From contig NC_134025.1 of assembly GCF_964204645.1 (NCBI RefSeq), forward strand, positions 15,500,001-15,564,000: a DNA stretch of 64,000 nucleotides. Direction: 5' to 3'. The translations under genes and the position numbers were made by a program. Under the pieces are notes generated by a model, which did not search any database, had not been told where the DNA came from, and saw only the letters and a program-made list of their open reading frames with translations. This document shows positions 40,446 through 52,778 of the stretch, one piece after another (position 1 is the first letter of the stretch; each line of letters begins with the position of its first letter). This stretch comes from Tubulanus polymorphus (taxonomy: Eukaryota > Animalia > Nemertea).

Positions 40446-41477
40446 CCGAATAAGGGCATTAGAATAAACAATAGCATTTGCAAAAAGGAGACTACATGGA
40501 TTCGAAAATGGTGAAATGAAACTTACATAGTTGGGGGCTTCATTTTATCCTCATTTCTCTCTTTTTCTTTCTTGCCTCTGGCCCCAGCCCCTTTTTGTCC
40601 AATCAGTCCTCTTCCAGAACGATTCTTCTTCAGGTCTTTTTCTAAATCTCTATACTTTTTCTTTCTTTGCTCCTCTGTCTATGAATTCAAGTAATCAAAA
40701 TATGAATTCAATAATCAATCATCCCATACAAATAGAATCAGTTGAAGAAGATATTACCATATCAGGTGTTGGTTGATCAAGGATATTGGTTTCGTATTGT
40801 ATTCCTCCGTATACTAGGTTAACTTTCATATTTCTAATGTGAACTGGCAACCCAACTGGCTTATAAATTCTCACATTCAATGCACGGGCATAATCATTTT
40901 CTCCTGTCCATGTCATCTTTTCTTTCAACTCAGGTTTTGGAGGCAACTCTTCGAAGTGCACTTTCTAATGAAAAAATAATCATAAGAAAAATCTATGTAC
41001 AAAATAAAGCAAACTTGACATCTGGACGTATTGGCCCCACTCCGCGCGGTGCGCCACCGCGCGGGATTTACGCGAAGCAGCAGAACACAAACACGGCACG
41101 GCCACTCTCTCAATTTTCAATGATAGAAATCGTGTGTGCATTTCAATTATTTCGGCTGTTAGGGTTTTAAGGCACAATATAAATTGATGATGTGATATGG
41201 CGATGTTAATTAATGATAATTCCGCAGTGAAGCTAGTCACGAACGGTGCCGATTGAGTGTACAGCTGCCAAAAACACTGAAATGTGCGTAGTTGCGTAAC
41301 TATTTGCAGTGAATTGCAGACGAAACATGAAGCCTTAACGGCCGTTTAAAAAAAAATTATACCAATCGCAATTGTAAAATAAAAATGAGATAGAACCTAA
41401 GTTAAAATTCTGGACATTTCTAAAATGTTATTTATTATTATTACTAATTTTTAGTCAGTGCGGAACGTTTACTTTTC

Positions 41478-43289
41478 TAGACTGGTTGCCGGTCTCTACC
41501 TTCAGTTAGAGACCGGTTGACCCCATCCTCCATTTTACATTTTCGATGCATGTCAAACATGTCAGTATCGAGTTAGTTCCGGGTTAAAATGGCGTCTCAT
41601 CGAATAAGCGAAACTAAGAGTAATATCAAAATCGCACTGGAATGATTGATTACAGTAAATCAGCTGACAATATATGAATCATAAATGTAATCAGCAAACA
41701 AACGGAAATTTAAAGACCGAAGAAAAGGCATTAATTGCTGTGAGTATCGAATTAATCCGCTGATATTACTCGGAATTCAAATAGCCACTAATGAATTGAT
41801 ACTTATTAATTTTGTAGGTAAGAAAAAGGGATCAGCTGTGATAGACATTCTGAGGGAACTTGGCTGAAGGGCAACATGGTTTCTTTGTCAACCATATGTA
41901 AAATATATTCACTCAATTGTTGTGTTTCTGATGATGTGAAAATGACTAAAGTCTGAATAAAGTTTACAATAGTTGAACTCCTTGTCAGTTTTTTTGATAT
42001 CGGATATTTGGATCCAACGCTGCATCTCTACATTTATTCCTTATGATACAGACAGCAAGTTGGGATAGACCAGTTATTCAGATCAACTGGATATTTGCAA
42101 TATTTTCCTCTCCTCATGGACCATACATGAGTTTTGCTAGAAATTGAGTATTAAATCCATCACGACAAACTCTTTTTTACTGGCAATTCTATATTTATTG
42201 TCCACTATCTAGTACAAAATCTTATTCAATATACAGACTGCCTGACAACAACGGTGACATACGTATTTTGTGACAGCAAATTGTGTGTGACAACAGAATG
42301 ACACTGATATCTCTACCTTAACTCGAATCACAAAGACCAAGTCTTGACCAGAAAGTAGGCCTAAATCCAATCTCAATTCCAATTGCATGCTCGCTCGTGT
42401 AGTAATCATTTTGATTCGTGATTGAGGTTACTTTCTGAAATTAAACCGATATACATATACTAACAATTAAACCTGGATTGAGTTTTCAATTCATGTTTCA
42501 TCTGTTTTTCAAACTTACCATGATACAACAACAATTCATTATGTGCATGTTGAGCCCATTCAATTTAATACGTATAACTTCTCATTCTTAAGAAAACCTC
42601 AGTTATATCTCAGAAAATCAACATCAGAAAACACACAGTGACCTACAATAGACAATCAACAGAATATTTGTAAATAAGTATTCATTTACTGTTCACAACT
42701 TTTAATAAAAGACATTGAAGTGAAGTAAGTGAAGTTACCTGTCGTAGGCTAATATTTTTACCATACTGATAGACTCCTAATATCTAATGTCACATTCAGC
42801 ATAATCAGTCATCTTAAGTGAACAAACAAATTGCCGGTGTCGTGGCCTCTGCTGCATGGCTAGGTTCAGTTCAGTAAGTCAGTCAGTAGAAATTGGTTAT
42901 TGCATCTCAAGTTCGTCGGTTGTTGTCGATTAACGGTCGATTGACGACCGTTCCTTTGAGCAGGGTAGATTTTGATGGTGCTGTAACGGAGACATACTGC
43001 CTTGTATGTCGATATCTTCGAGGCCACACGCAGTACAGGTTCTCGCAGAAGCGTTACCTGATAGTTTTGGTCGAGTTTCTTTCTTCCATTGATGTAAAAA
43101 CCGACTTTTAAGAGGTCCATGGAACGTAAATCGAGACACTTTGGAGGCGGCCATGTTACATTGTTCACGTAATGAAATACTGAAATCTAATTGGATCCGT
43201 ATATTCCGCGGAAGATGGCGGACGGGTTAAACCTGTCCTATTCTGACTGCGAATGCAGGTGGCGCAGAATTGGACAGGCGACCAGTCTA
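41478..43289. mobile_element. Non-autonomous AcademH-like DNA transposon, 1.8 kb, perfect 9-bp TSD
   Basis: TIR tagactggttgccggtc / reverse complement tagactggtcgcctgtc; ttacttttc at 41469-41477 and 43290-43298; TAG...CTA termini with a 9-bp TSD fit AcademH. Confidence 0.8.
42739..42776 (-). CDS. Candidate 38-bp exon (ESISMVKILAYDR if joined to the host gene), lying inside the AcademH-like element
   Basis: AG/GT boundaries (donor gtaact, weak acceptor); phase 0 to 2 would join 48915-48962 to 33239-33398; it is also open in another phase. Confidence 0.35.
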
Positions 43290-43544
43290 TTACTTTTCCA
43301 ACAATAATGAGGGGTGGTAGGTAGTCATGCAATTCAAGTCATCATTTATTACACGTTACTTCCGTGTTGTTGAAAATCTCGCGAGTCCTGGACTAAACCC
43401 CAATGAACAATGTGATCTGTGTGCTGGCCACAAATGCACACACATCACACTACACTACCCATTACACACTCCAGTACCCACAGCTTTCATATATCCATCC
43501 AAATATTTAGTGGCTTTCTTCCTGGATTTTACAAGGTTCTTGGT

Positions 43545-46500
43545 CATATGGCATATTTCATTTTAGTGTGTGCCACCCGTAAAAATTTTCTTTATTGCGT
43601 TTAATTCATTGGTGTATGCTAAAGATCTATTAATCCTTTTTTGATAAGTTACGGCTGTTGTCACATAAAATTATTTATTTTAGTTTGACAGTAGTAGTCC
43701 AATTTTCTGGCCTATGATCTTTGACCGGGCTTCTCTCCGTAAATGTACCTCACACAATAAAATTTATTACTGCATATGGAAAGAATAATCATATACTACG
43801 TGAAAATAATATTTGTTTTCGATGCGCCATTGCCTGAAAACGGCAGCAGATGACTAAAGTAACAAATCTCAGGTGACGGATTTTCAACCAAAAATAGTTG
43901 ATAAAAATCATATTAACCAGTATAGCAGCGGGTTATCAATTGAGAACTAGAGAATTGGAGAGGGCTTTTCATTTTAAGAATATCCATGTGTAATTATCCT
44001 AATGATCACAGTCATGAGAGCCCAATCTTGAAACATGTCCCTATGCTACATGTGACGGATTTGTAGCGTTTTCACATGAACGGTTGCAGTAGCGTACGCA
44101 CAAACCTTCTCCTCCTATTTTACATGAATGGGCTTCTCCACGCAGCTAAGTATAATAGATCAGGATTTTCCATTCTATTAATAGGACATAATTCAGCATT
44201 CGTATATACACGTCTAGTCGACAGATGTGCTGTCATTTAGCAGCAGAGCGTGGCTGGCTGTAGCGTAAGCACAGGCAGCAATCAGAAGTCAAGATTAATC
44301 TTAATCAAATAACAATATAAACTTTTATTGCATGAACTAACAATTAACATTCTAATGGAACACAGGTATGTTTTAAGTATTGTTTGAATAATAAATCTTC
44401 CTCAATTTAAATTTAATTTGCGCGTACTTCTCGTTTGATTTCATTTTTAGAGATCAAGTTGTGCCTGTAACTCAATTTCGATGCCCTTACATTGTTTGTA
44501 TTCGATACCTGCTTGTTTTAAATCAGCTTCGCTGAACGTGAATGGGGCCATGACCCATAATGTCAAGAGGACCAAAAAACAGCCGCCGTCTGTCGACAAT
44601 ATCAACGTCTGGACGCTTAGGCCAGTCGTAGCTTGTAGCGCCGGTAAATATAATATAAAGTAAATATAATAACTTGTATTAAATTGTAATTGAAATAACA
44701 TGTGTAAAATTGTAAATAATATAACATGTGTAAAATTGTTAATAAAGTAACTCGTGTCAAATTGTAAATAAAATTAACAAACTACCGGTATTCATCCCCA
44801 TGAACTATTTTGAGACAAAGACCAACCTGTAATTCATTTATTAAGGGTACGGTGGATCGAAGTTTACGCTTATTGTATAATCCAGTGTATACTACATTTT
44901 GGCAAATAGACATAGGTTTCCGTGGATTAGATGGGGCACTAATGCAAACACGACAGAAACAACTAAACTCTTTGACTTCAATATTCGCACTTATACCGCA
45001 TTTTCTAAAAGTATGAAGGTGCCTGCTGCCAATTACTGTTTGCACAGAGTTTACAAATGGTTCATTGCGGTTTATCTCGTTAATCGACGTATCAATGTGT
45101 GACTGTTTGGTCAAGGGGTCATCCAGAAGCAGATTTTTGCTACAAAATTCGAACATATCTGAACCATTCTTGATAATGAACTTTCCGGATGCTATGGCCC
45201 GTCGACTGCTCGATTTACAATTCCAATTTCGCCATACCCTTGACCTTTGCCGTGCTCCAAGCCGTAGTAATGTCTTTCAATTGGGATATGTGTTTTAGCA
45301 AGGTAACCAAAACAGCCTTTGCTTTTGTACTGTGAGGCGCAACCGTCCGAAAAGATTATTACTTTTTCAAATTCATTTCCAATATTTTCAAGAAGCGAGT
45401 CGTAAGCTTTCTGAAAATAGTGTTCTACAGCGTGGAAGTCGTGGTTTATGTCATCCGATATAATGATAAATGCATGTCGCACGGCGGTTTCGGAATTCGG
45501 TAATTTATAGTATGCAACACATGGGTGTAATGTAACTTGTCTTTTTCCGAAATACGCGCCTTTGATTTCATTTTGATAACTAATTTCTCTATTCTTTGCG
45601 AAATCTACGATAAACAATGCCTAATTATCGGGTAAATTTTCGCGGAGGTTTCGATATTGATAAGATTGCCAGCGAGCAGTAAAGGCATGTCGTACAAATG
45701 TAACACCACTGCTATTCTGAAGATCAATTTCAAATTCAGACAAGATCTCGGCTAATATGCCACGCTTTGTAATTAGAGAATATTTTAATCTGCCATTAGA
45801 ATCCTCGTGTTTTTCCCAGTGATTCCACATGATTATCTCGTCAGTTGATATATTGCTATACAAGGCACGGATAGTGTCAACGTGGTACTTGCATTTGTCA
45901 CATTCAGACAAGCTACACGAGCGGTTGTAAAAACGACTGGCATCTGATTTAGGACATTAAAGTATGTCGAGTATATTGAGCTATGAAGCGATAATGAACT
46001 GGTACACACGGGTACATACTTCTCTTGTAGATGAGAGAAGACGAACATTTCTGGGCCTCAACAGAGTGAACTTTGTAAACCCGATTCGTATCTGAGGGTT
46101 TTCTTTCTGAAATATACCATATGCTGCTTTTAGAGAGCATGTCATAAGGTAGCCTGGCCCGTGTTTGTTAACGAACCTTTTCTCCGGACGTATAGAGGAT
46201 ATATCCTCCCGCATGTATAAAGCACGAATTGTGTTTATTTGGGCCAAGTTAAGTTTAGAGAGCCGTGGTTTTCGAGTGAGGCCCACTTTTTGGGCTTTGG
46301 TAATAGTATGACGATTGAGCCCAGTTTCTTTACTGAGACGGCTGCTACTAACTCTCTTTCTATTCTCGATAAACTGCAATGCAACTGATTTAACTACGTG
46401 TTTACTGCAGTTTTTCACGCCATTGGGAAATTGATAGGATTTTGATGGAAGTGTGGGTGAATTTGATTTTTCAAACAATTTTTTCACAATAACAGCATAT

Positions 46501-48238
46501 TTTGGGCATAGCTTTATTGGCTTTGTGTGTTGCATTGTAGAGTGATTGCTTTGAATTATATGGGCCGATCTCGTCACCACCAGTGCTACATGCATTTTTT
46601 GTCTGGGAATTGCCCTCAATGGCCACTCTTTTACTTTCGCCGGTCATATTCTCTCACGCGTCGACGTTTTTGCCCGGACCAGTTGACTCTTTTTTTACAC
46701 TTTCATTCTCGCCATGCGGCACGTTCGTCAACCACCTGGCCTCTCGTCTTAGGCATTAACTTAATACAAAGTCCACCATCAGTTTCTTTAACTGAAGAGC
46801 TTAAGCTTTTTTCTTCCTCTTTCCAATTTGCCCGAAGACGACGATTGCTATTGCGTGTTTGTATTTTAATGTGTTCCCGTTTTTTAAGCGATTCTTCTTT
46901 ACACTCTACCTTAAGCTTCAGCCTTCGTTCTCGTGCTGCAATTCGTTGGCGAATTTTATACTCTTCGTATTTTTCGGGATCATTTCGTTTTAGATTTTGT
47001 CGGTACAGTGCCGTCCTTGAAGTCATCTGGAAGAACCAGGAATATATTGCCAACTGATGACAGATGACGTTAAAATCAGTTTAGGCCAAACTCTACTAAT
47101 TATATAATTTGTGGTGAAAATATCAAATACGTCTGTCTGATCGAGTGATAAATTCGCTTTAGTTAGTTTTCAATTGAGTTTAGTGGGCTTATTAGATTGA
47201 AATCGTCTAGCCTAAATAGCGTAGTCACAAATTATCAGTCACACAAATAGCGTCCGCACAGAGATGGCTGTCACGCGTGTAGCGTTGTTTACAAATCAAT
47301 CAATAATCCCCACCCTGTGGGCAACGTAGTTGACCTTGGTGCTATCGCCATGTTTTTTATCAACTGGAGGGTAAAAGTTTGCAAAAGATCAAAGTTTATT
47401 TACGATTTGAAGTATTTTTGGCATAAGAAAAACAATTCAATGATTTCCTACGCTACTTGTTAACTACGCTATCATGCGTGGTGTAATATTGCAAATCTCA
47501 TTATAACAAAAACGTGAACTTACTACTGCAGTTTCCAATTACTCTTGCGCGCCCATCGTATACAAGATTAAAAAAAGTGCGATATGACGTCATCAACTCC
47601 ATATATGGACCTACGCAGGCTGGTTTTGACGCTACCGATGCGTGACGGAAAAAAATATCGTAGCGTTCGCTCTTATTGATTTATTGATTTTTGTGTCTGA
47701 CTAGCCACACCGGGTTCAATCGTTCACTCTAGTTACATATCACTGAACAATTTATTGAGTTAACAGTATTTGCTTCGGCAGTATTGTATATATTTGTGCT
47801 AAATGTGTAAGTTTGATGAAGATGATTCTGTGACGGCGTAGTGTGCGCACTTCTTGGTTAACTTCTGTGGTTATTTTTATGGGGAATATACCAGTCTTTA
47901 GTTGATGATACACCATAAATTGATCATGCACAATGTCAGCTATTATACCAGAGTTGAATGAGATAATCTGTGAACACATATTTCGATGAACTGTGATGAC
48001 ACCATTCGTTTTGAATAGGTAGAAAATTCCGTCACAATGTATCGTCCACACACAATTAAATAATCAAATTTATCAAGAAAACAACCTCAAATCAGCCTCA
48101 TATTATAATATTTGTTAGAATAATTCATTATAAAGCAAAACATGCCGAAATATTGTGTTTGGATACATTATTTTTCTTGTATTATGCAAAAGGCTTCAGG
48201 GGACGGAATGGTACACACTAAAATGAAATCTATCATAT
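43545..48238 (-). mobile_element. Decayed Sola2-like DNA transposon, boundaries tentative
   Basis: Contains the transposase remnant; imperfect inverted match atatggcatatttcattttagtgtgtgcca (about 43545) versus tggtacacactaaaatgaaatctatcatat (to about 48238). Confidence 0.5.
44480..47053 (-). pseudogene. Sola2-like DDD transposase pseudogene
   Basis: VDFAKN..YQNEIKGAYF..QVTLHP, ISDDINHD, IFSDGCASQYK, HGKGQGYG (expected HGKGxxDG), Cys-rich CDKC and SCFCRVC motifs, spread over ORFs 46703-47053, 45981-46619, 45621-45911, 45192-45617 and 44782-45156. Confidence 0.75.
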
Positions 48239-48914
48239 ACTGCGAAAAAATAATCAAGCTTTAACTAGAGGTCAAGGGATCTTGAAAACTTGAGCATATT
48301 GTTTTCTGAACAATCAATAAATGTTCCTGCTAATCCAAACAAGAGCAAATGATGCATTCTGTGGGTTATATTTGTCAAAATACACTTCCAGCTAAGTCAT
48401 ACAAATAATTTACACAATACAAGTGTGTTTTCTTAAGTAACACAGACAATGACTGGAGCTGGCAGGAACAAATACCTCAGATAAATCTTTTCCCTTGATC
48501 TTATTGACTTGAATGCTGAATAGAGTTGAATTTTATGACATTTGCTCAATGAAACAAAATTGAACTGGATATGATGTTTTAGTTGTTCAATAAAGTAAGA
48601 TTTAATTGGATTTGATATTTTTTTGCTTGAATTTGATTGAATTTGCAGTTTCAGCACATGGCTAATTAGCATCAAGGTCATCATTCATCCGATTTGAGAA
48701 AAAGCTATTATTCCAAGATTTTGCATAATTGTCAATGATATTTTCTGTAGTGCAAATAAAAATATTCGTTAAACCTTATTTGCTGCCAATGCTTGCTGGA
48801 ACAATGCTTGCTAAACAATCTTCCACGAGTCGTGACCCGTCGTGAGTTCACTCATAATTTAAATTTCAGATGCTATATCATGCCAGTATTAGATGACTGT
48901 TTAAATAGATATAC

Positions 48915-48962
48915 CTTTTTTTCATCCGCAGCTCCACCATCATCAGCCTGAATCTCATTTTC
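48915..48962 (-). CDS. Predicted 48-bp host-gene exon (ENEIQADDGGAADEKK), phase 0 to 0
   Basis: Acceptor ttttattctacag, donor AAG|gtatat, open frame. Confidence 0.5.
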
Positions 48963-49232
48963 CTGTAGAATAAAAGAGCAGAAAAAATATGTCTAATCTC
49001 TAACTCAGTAAAGGTCTACGAACACCATGCCTATCTGGCAATATGCCTGTCAATCTGACTATTTCAGGGCTTAACCCTTTAAAGGTTTCAATTGTTTCTG
49101 GTTTCCATTTTCCAGGGTTTCAATTGATTGCAAAACAAGAGGCTCATGGACCTCATACCTTCATGATGCAGTAGAAGAATGATTCAGTATTCAACGTTTT
49201 ACAGAAAGATTTACATTGTAACGATGTTTTAA

Positions 49233-50178
49233 CTCTTTCCGTGTTGAATATGTTATTGATAAATGGTATTCAGCTGTGATGAATTAGTTTCATTGTTTTA
49301 GAACAATTTTGTATTTGTAGTAGAGCTTATGACCTCAGCTACCAGAAACTTATTTTCAAAATTTCAATTTGGGGTCTTGGGGTCGAGTAGAACCCTCAAA
49401 ACAGTAAAATTTTGCAGTATATATTCGCTATGAAATACTTTTTGAAAAAGTTAGAGATATATATTCAAAAAGACATCCAGGAGAAAAATCCATGGTTTGG
49501 AGTTGTGTTTTGATATGTTATGGGGTAAAATCCCCCAAAATTCAATGACCACGCCTTGACCCCTAGCTGGAGCAGTGACAGTTGGAGCAGGTACGGCTGG
49601 ATTGGCGTCGCTTCCAGAGCTGTCTGAAGGAAGCGCTGATGGTGGTGGTTCCTCGTCACTTTGACTAGCTTCATCACTTTCAAATTCGGTCTAACTGGTG
49701 TTTTCATTTTCATTATCACTTTCGTTATCACTTTCATTATCACTTTCATCTACATTATCATTATCATTGCTACTATCAAAAACGAGAACTCTGACTTGTT
49801 CGTGAAACGTTTGTTTGCCATGATTGCTTAAAATAACTGCAGACGCTCGTAAATGTATGCGAGTCTGTAATGCTGTAGCCGCATATTGTATACGTTCATA
49901 TATGTAATCACCTAGTTACTATCACAGTCAGTATGTATGTCAGTGCATCTAATCATTCAAAACACGTGAAATTCCACATTGAAATTGCTGGAAGCTCAGC
50001 TAGTAGCTAGTAGTAACAACCCCTTCATGTGTTAGATGCTTCTAATAGCATTAACGACTAGCCAATCAGCAACAAAGTCACCTGATAACATCGGCGAATA
50101 TTTCTGCCAACACCGATCTAAGATGACCAATTTCACGTCAATTCTTGGCAAACCAGTTCTCTGACGACATCGAAAGAG
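49233..50178 (-). mobile_element. Internally deleted piggyBac-like element inserted in a HINE-like repeat
   Basis: TTAA at 49229-49232 and 50179-50182; TIR ctctttc; acidic D/E/S-rich coding remnant at about 49480-49821 resembling a piggyBac transposase N-terminus; flanks rejoin to match 28065-28231. Confidence 0.8.
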
Positions 50179-50899
50179 TTAAAATAGTTAAGATGGTATA
50201 GGCTATGTGGCGTTAATGTTCATTTTCTGTTAATATATCCTCCAGGAATAGAATACATGCAATATGAGCTTTTTGCGCGAACGATAACTCGCGCGAGCAT
50301 TCTACGAAATCAGCACTTTGCGCGAGGTGAAACTATCTAAGTGTCTCTTAAATGTAGAGCGAACTAGACGCCATGATGAATCATTTCACTCTCTAACTTG
50401 ATTACTCATTCATGTATTTGGCTTGGCGAACTAATTAAACGAAATAAATCCTAAACGAAAAGACATATTTTGTAAATGTGGTGGGAACTAATAATTTTTA
50501 GTAGCCGCCGCCGCAAATTGTGACTGAATGATTAAGCCCTAAATGCGTAATTAGATTAAATCATACATTGTCATCTCTCCCTGGTTTTGAATATAAATTC
50601 TTAAGCCTTGAATTATAAACCTAAATACACATTCGACATGCCAAACGAAAAGACTACATTTTATAGCTCCTTGTAATACATTCCGATACGTACACGTGTG
50701 ATAATGAATGCTTTGCGCTAATTTAGTATTCACGAGCAGAAAACTCTTAGGAAGGATAGGAAACAATCCGAAATGGGGTGATGAACCTAATTCAGCAAAC
50801 TAAAGGAGTAGTGAGATATGACCATTGTAAATTTAACTAAATTTCTCAACAGGCAATGACATTCCAGCAGAACTGACATGGCTTTTAGAAAATTTGTCA

Positions 50900-51120
50900 T
50901 TCCATGTGTTTTAAATTAGAAAATTTTTGGTTATCTCCAGTCATGAATAGGTACAATTTTTGAGCTTTTAAACAACTCAGGTACATCACCAGTAGACATT
51001 TAAAAACATGCAATAAAAGTGTTGATATAACATCTGTAACCGGCTGGTTGTTGTATTGGCGGGCTGGCTGGGGAACTAGCATTTACACCAGCGGTACAGG
51101 ATTCCATCCATCAGGAACAA
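50900..51120 (-). pseudogene. Highly decayed LINE RT fragment
   Basis: STGDVPELFKSSKIVPIH fits the GxxPxxWKxAxVxPIxK motif. Confidence 0.5.
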
Positions 51121-51659
51121 CAAGGCAGTTAAACCTTATATGTACAATCCTTATTGCATCCCGGAATGAGAATGATTATCATAGCTTTACATAGTCTTTA
51201 TATACAGAATCATGAGTATAATGTGAGAACTAGGTGTCAGACAAGTTGTAGACATCAGGACTCACAAACAAACACCTAGTGACATGTTTGAGAGACATAA
51301 ATTAATTATCGATGAGCACTGACTATAGCTAATTATTGTGAAAACATATTGAGTAATGTCATGTTGATTACGACCTTAAAGCACATATTGACAGTATAGT
51401 CATAAGTTATATTATATTATTATTATCGTTGTTATGAACTGTTCAATATGACATTGTAGATCTAAATGATTATGAAATATGCAAATTATATCAGGGTGAC
51501 ACATCTATAACTCTTTTTAGAACCTTTTCGCTTATACAGTAGATTCCGGTTACCTCAGATCTTGGGGGACCGTGGGAAATTATCCGAGGTGAACGATGTC
51601 CGTCCACATCGATGTATAAAAATCCATAGAAGCAAAAACAGTACAAATCTCATTTTCTA

Positions 51660-52089
51660 ATGAGTAATATATATTTATTATAGCGAACGTTTTTCGGAGT
51701 TACATTATCCCCTCTTCAGGCAAAGCACAAGTGATTAAATTTACATATCATACTGGTATTTATATAGAATAAGACGAAGCTAATTACAAAAAATTTCAAA
51801 TTACTGAGTGACGAGATAATCATAATACAAAGAAAATTAATTACACACAATCTAAATTACTGAGTGAAGATATTTGACTCGTAGTTAATTATCTAAAAAC
51901 ATTGAGAATGAATGCTGACCCGTGTTCGAATAGTTGTTGATTAAGGGAGGGCTGTTGAGTTTTGATAAAAAGTGCTTCTCTAATTTTGCAATCTAAATCA
52001 GAGGAACCTTTATCTAAAATTTTGAAATTCTTTTCGCTAAACGAGACCTGACAGTCACGGCAATTTGACAGATGTTGGCCAATTGCTTG
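51660..52089 (-). mobile_element. Short 3' fragment of a Penelope-like element related to 38515-39420
   Basis: AIGQHLSNCRDC...FKILDK..SDLDCKIREALFI...LNQQLFEHGSAFILNVFR is clearly homologous to the end of ORF 38533-39228. Confidence 0.88.
51683..51721 (-). ncRNA. Minimal hammerhead ribozyme motif in the PLE terminal repeat
   Basis: Minus strand gc-CTGAAGA-gggg...ctcc-GAAA-aacgt-TC-gc: canonical CUGANGA/GAAA/UH core with palindromic aacgtt at helix III. Confidence 0.6.
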
Positions 52090-52778
52090 AATCAACAACT
52101 ATTCGAACAGATATAAAATTACACAGTCATCTAGACAAATACCCATAGAATCAATATCTGTATAAAATATAACCCTTTGTGTCGACGATTACATACAGTT
52201 CTCAACATGTTTGATGACTTCATTGTGACGGAAAATATCTCTGCCAGTGGTGTGCGAGTCATTCACATGAAATGACATGAATTATTGATCGGGATTTCCC
52301 CGCTGTTGTATGTACCTGCTGAGATTGTGCAGCGTTTGCACGTAGTTCGCCGATGTTTAGGTTCAAGCGAAAAATACTTTGTTTTTTGCAAATTCAATAA
52401 TTAGTATTCTATTTGAACATTCACTAGATTTAAATTGATTAACTAGAGGCCCACAGGCCTTGTGAGCGTCAGGTAAAGTACTTTGCATAGCCAAGACATT
52501 TTAAAATGACTTTGAGCACAGATTCTCCCTCCCCCACTCTGCAAAATGCATTTAATTCAAAAAAATTCCTTTAGTCCTTCATGTTTTCATAAGAAAAACA
52601 TTTTGTGCCCAGCTTGTCTTACAATCTGTCAGCTCTGGTAACTCTGTCAGTTCTTCAATTTTGGGATCATCCGCACATAAAAGTTAAGTTTTTTCATCAA
52701 TATAACCACTGGCTTGCACTTAGACTTAAAAACAGTTCAGAACCAATAACGAACAACACAAAACATTGTTTTCAAGCG

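Noticed and set aside
40525-40961. Host exons or a gene (K/E-rich frame plus ORF 40719-40961)
   Set aside because: Looks more like a decayed L1/Tx1 ORF1 fragment and lacks a convincing acceptor; evidence too weak to annotate either way.
42930-43154. THAP domain
   Set aside because: FTFH...W...RTC resembles THAP spacing, but the N-terminal CxxxxC and the CxxHF signature are absent.
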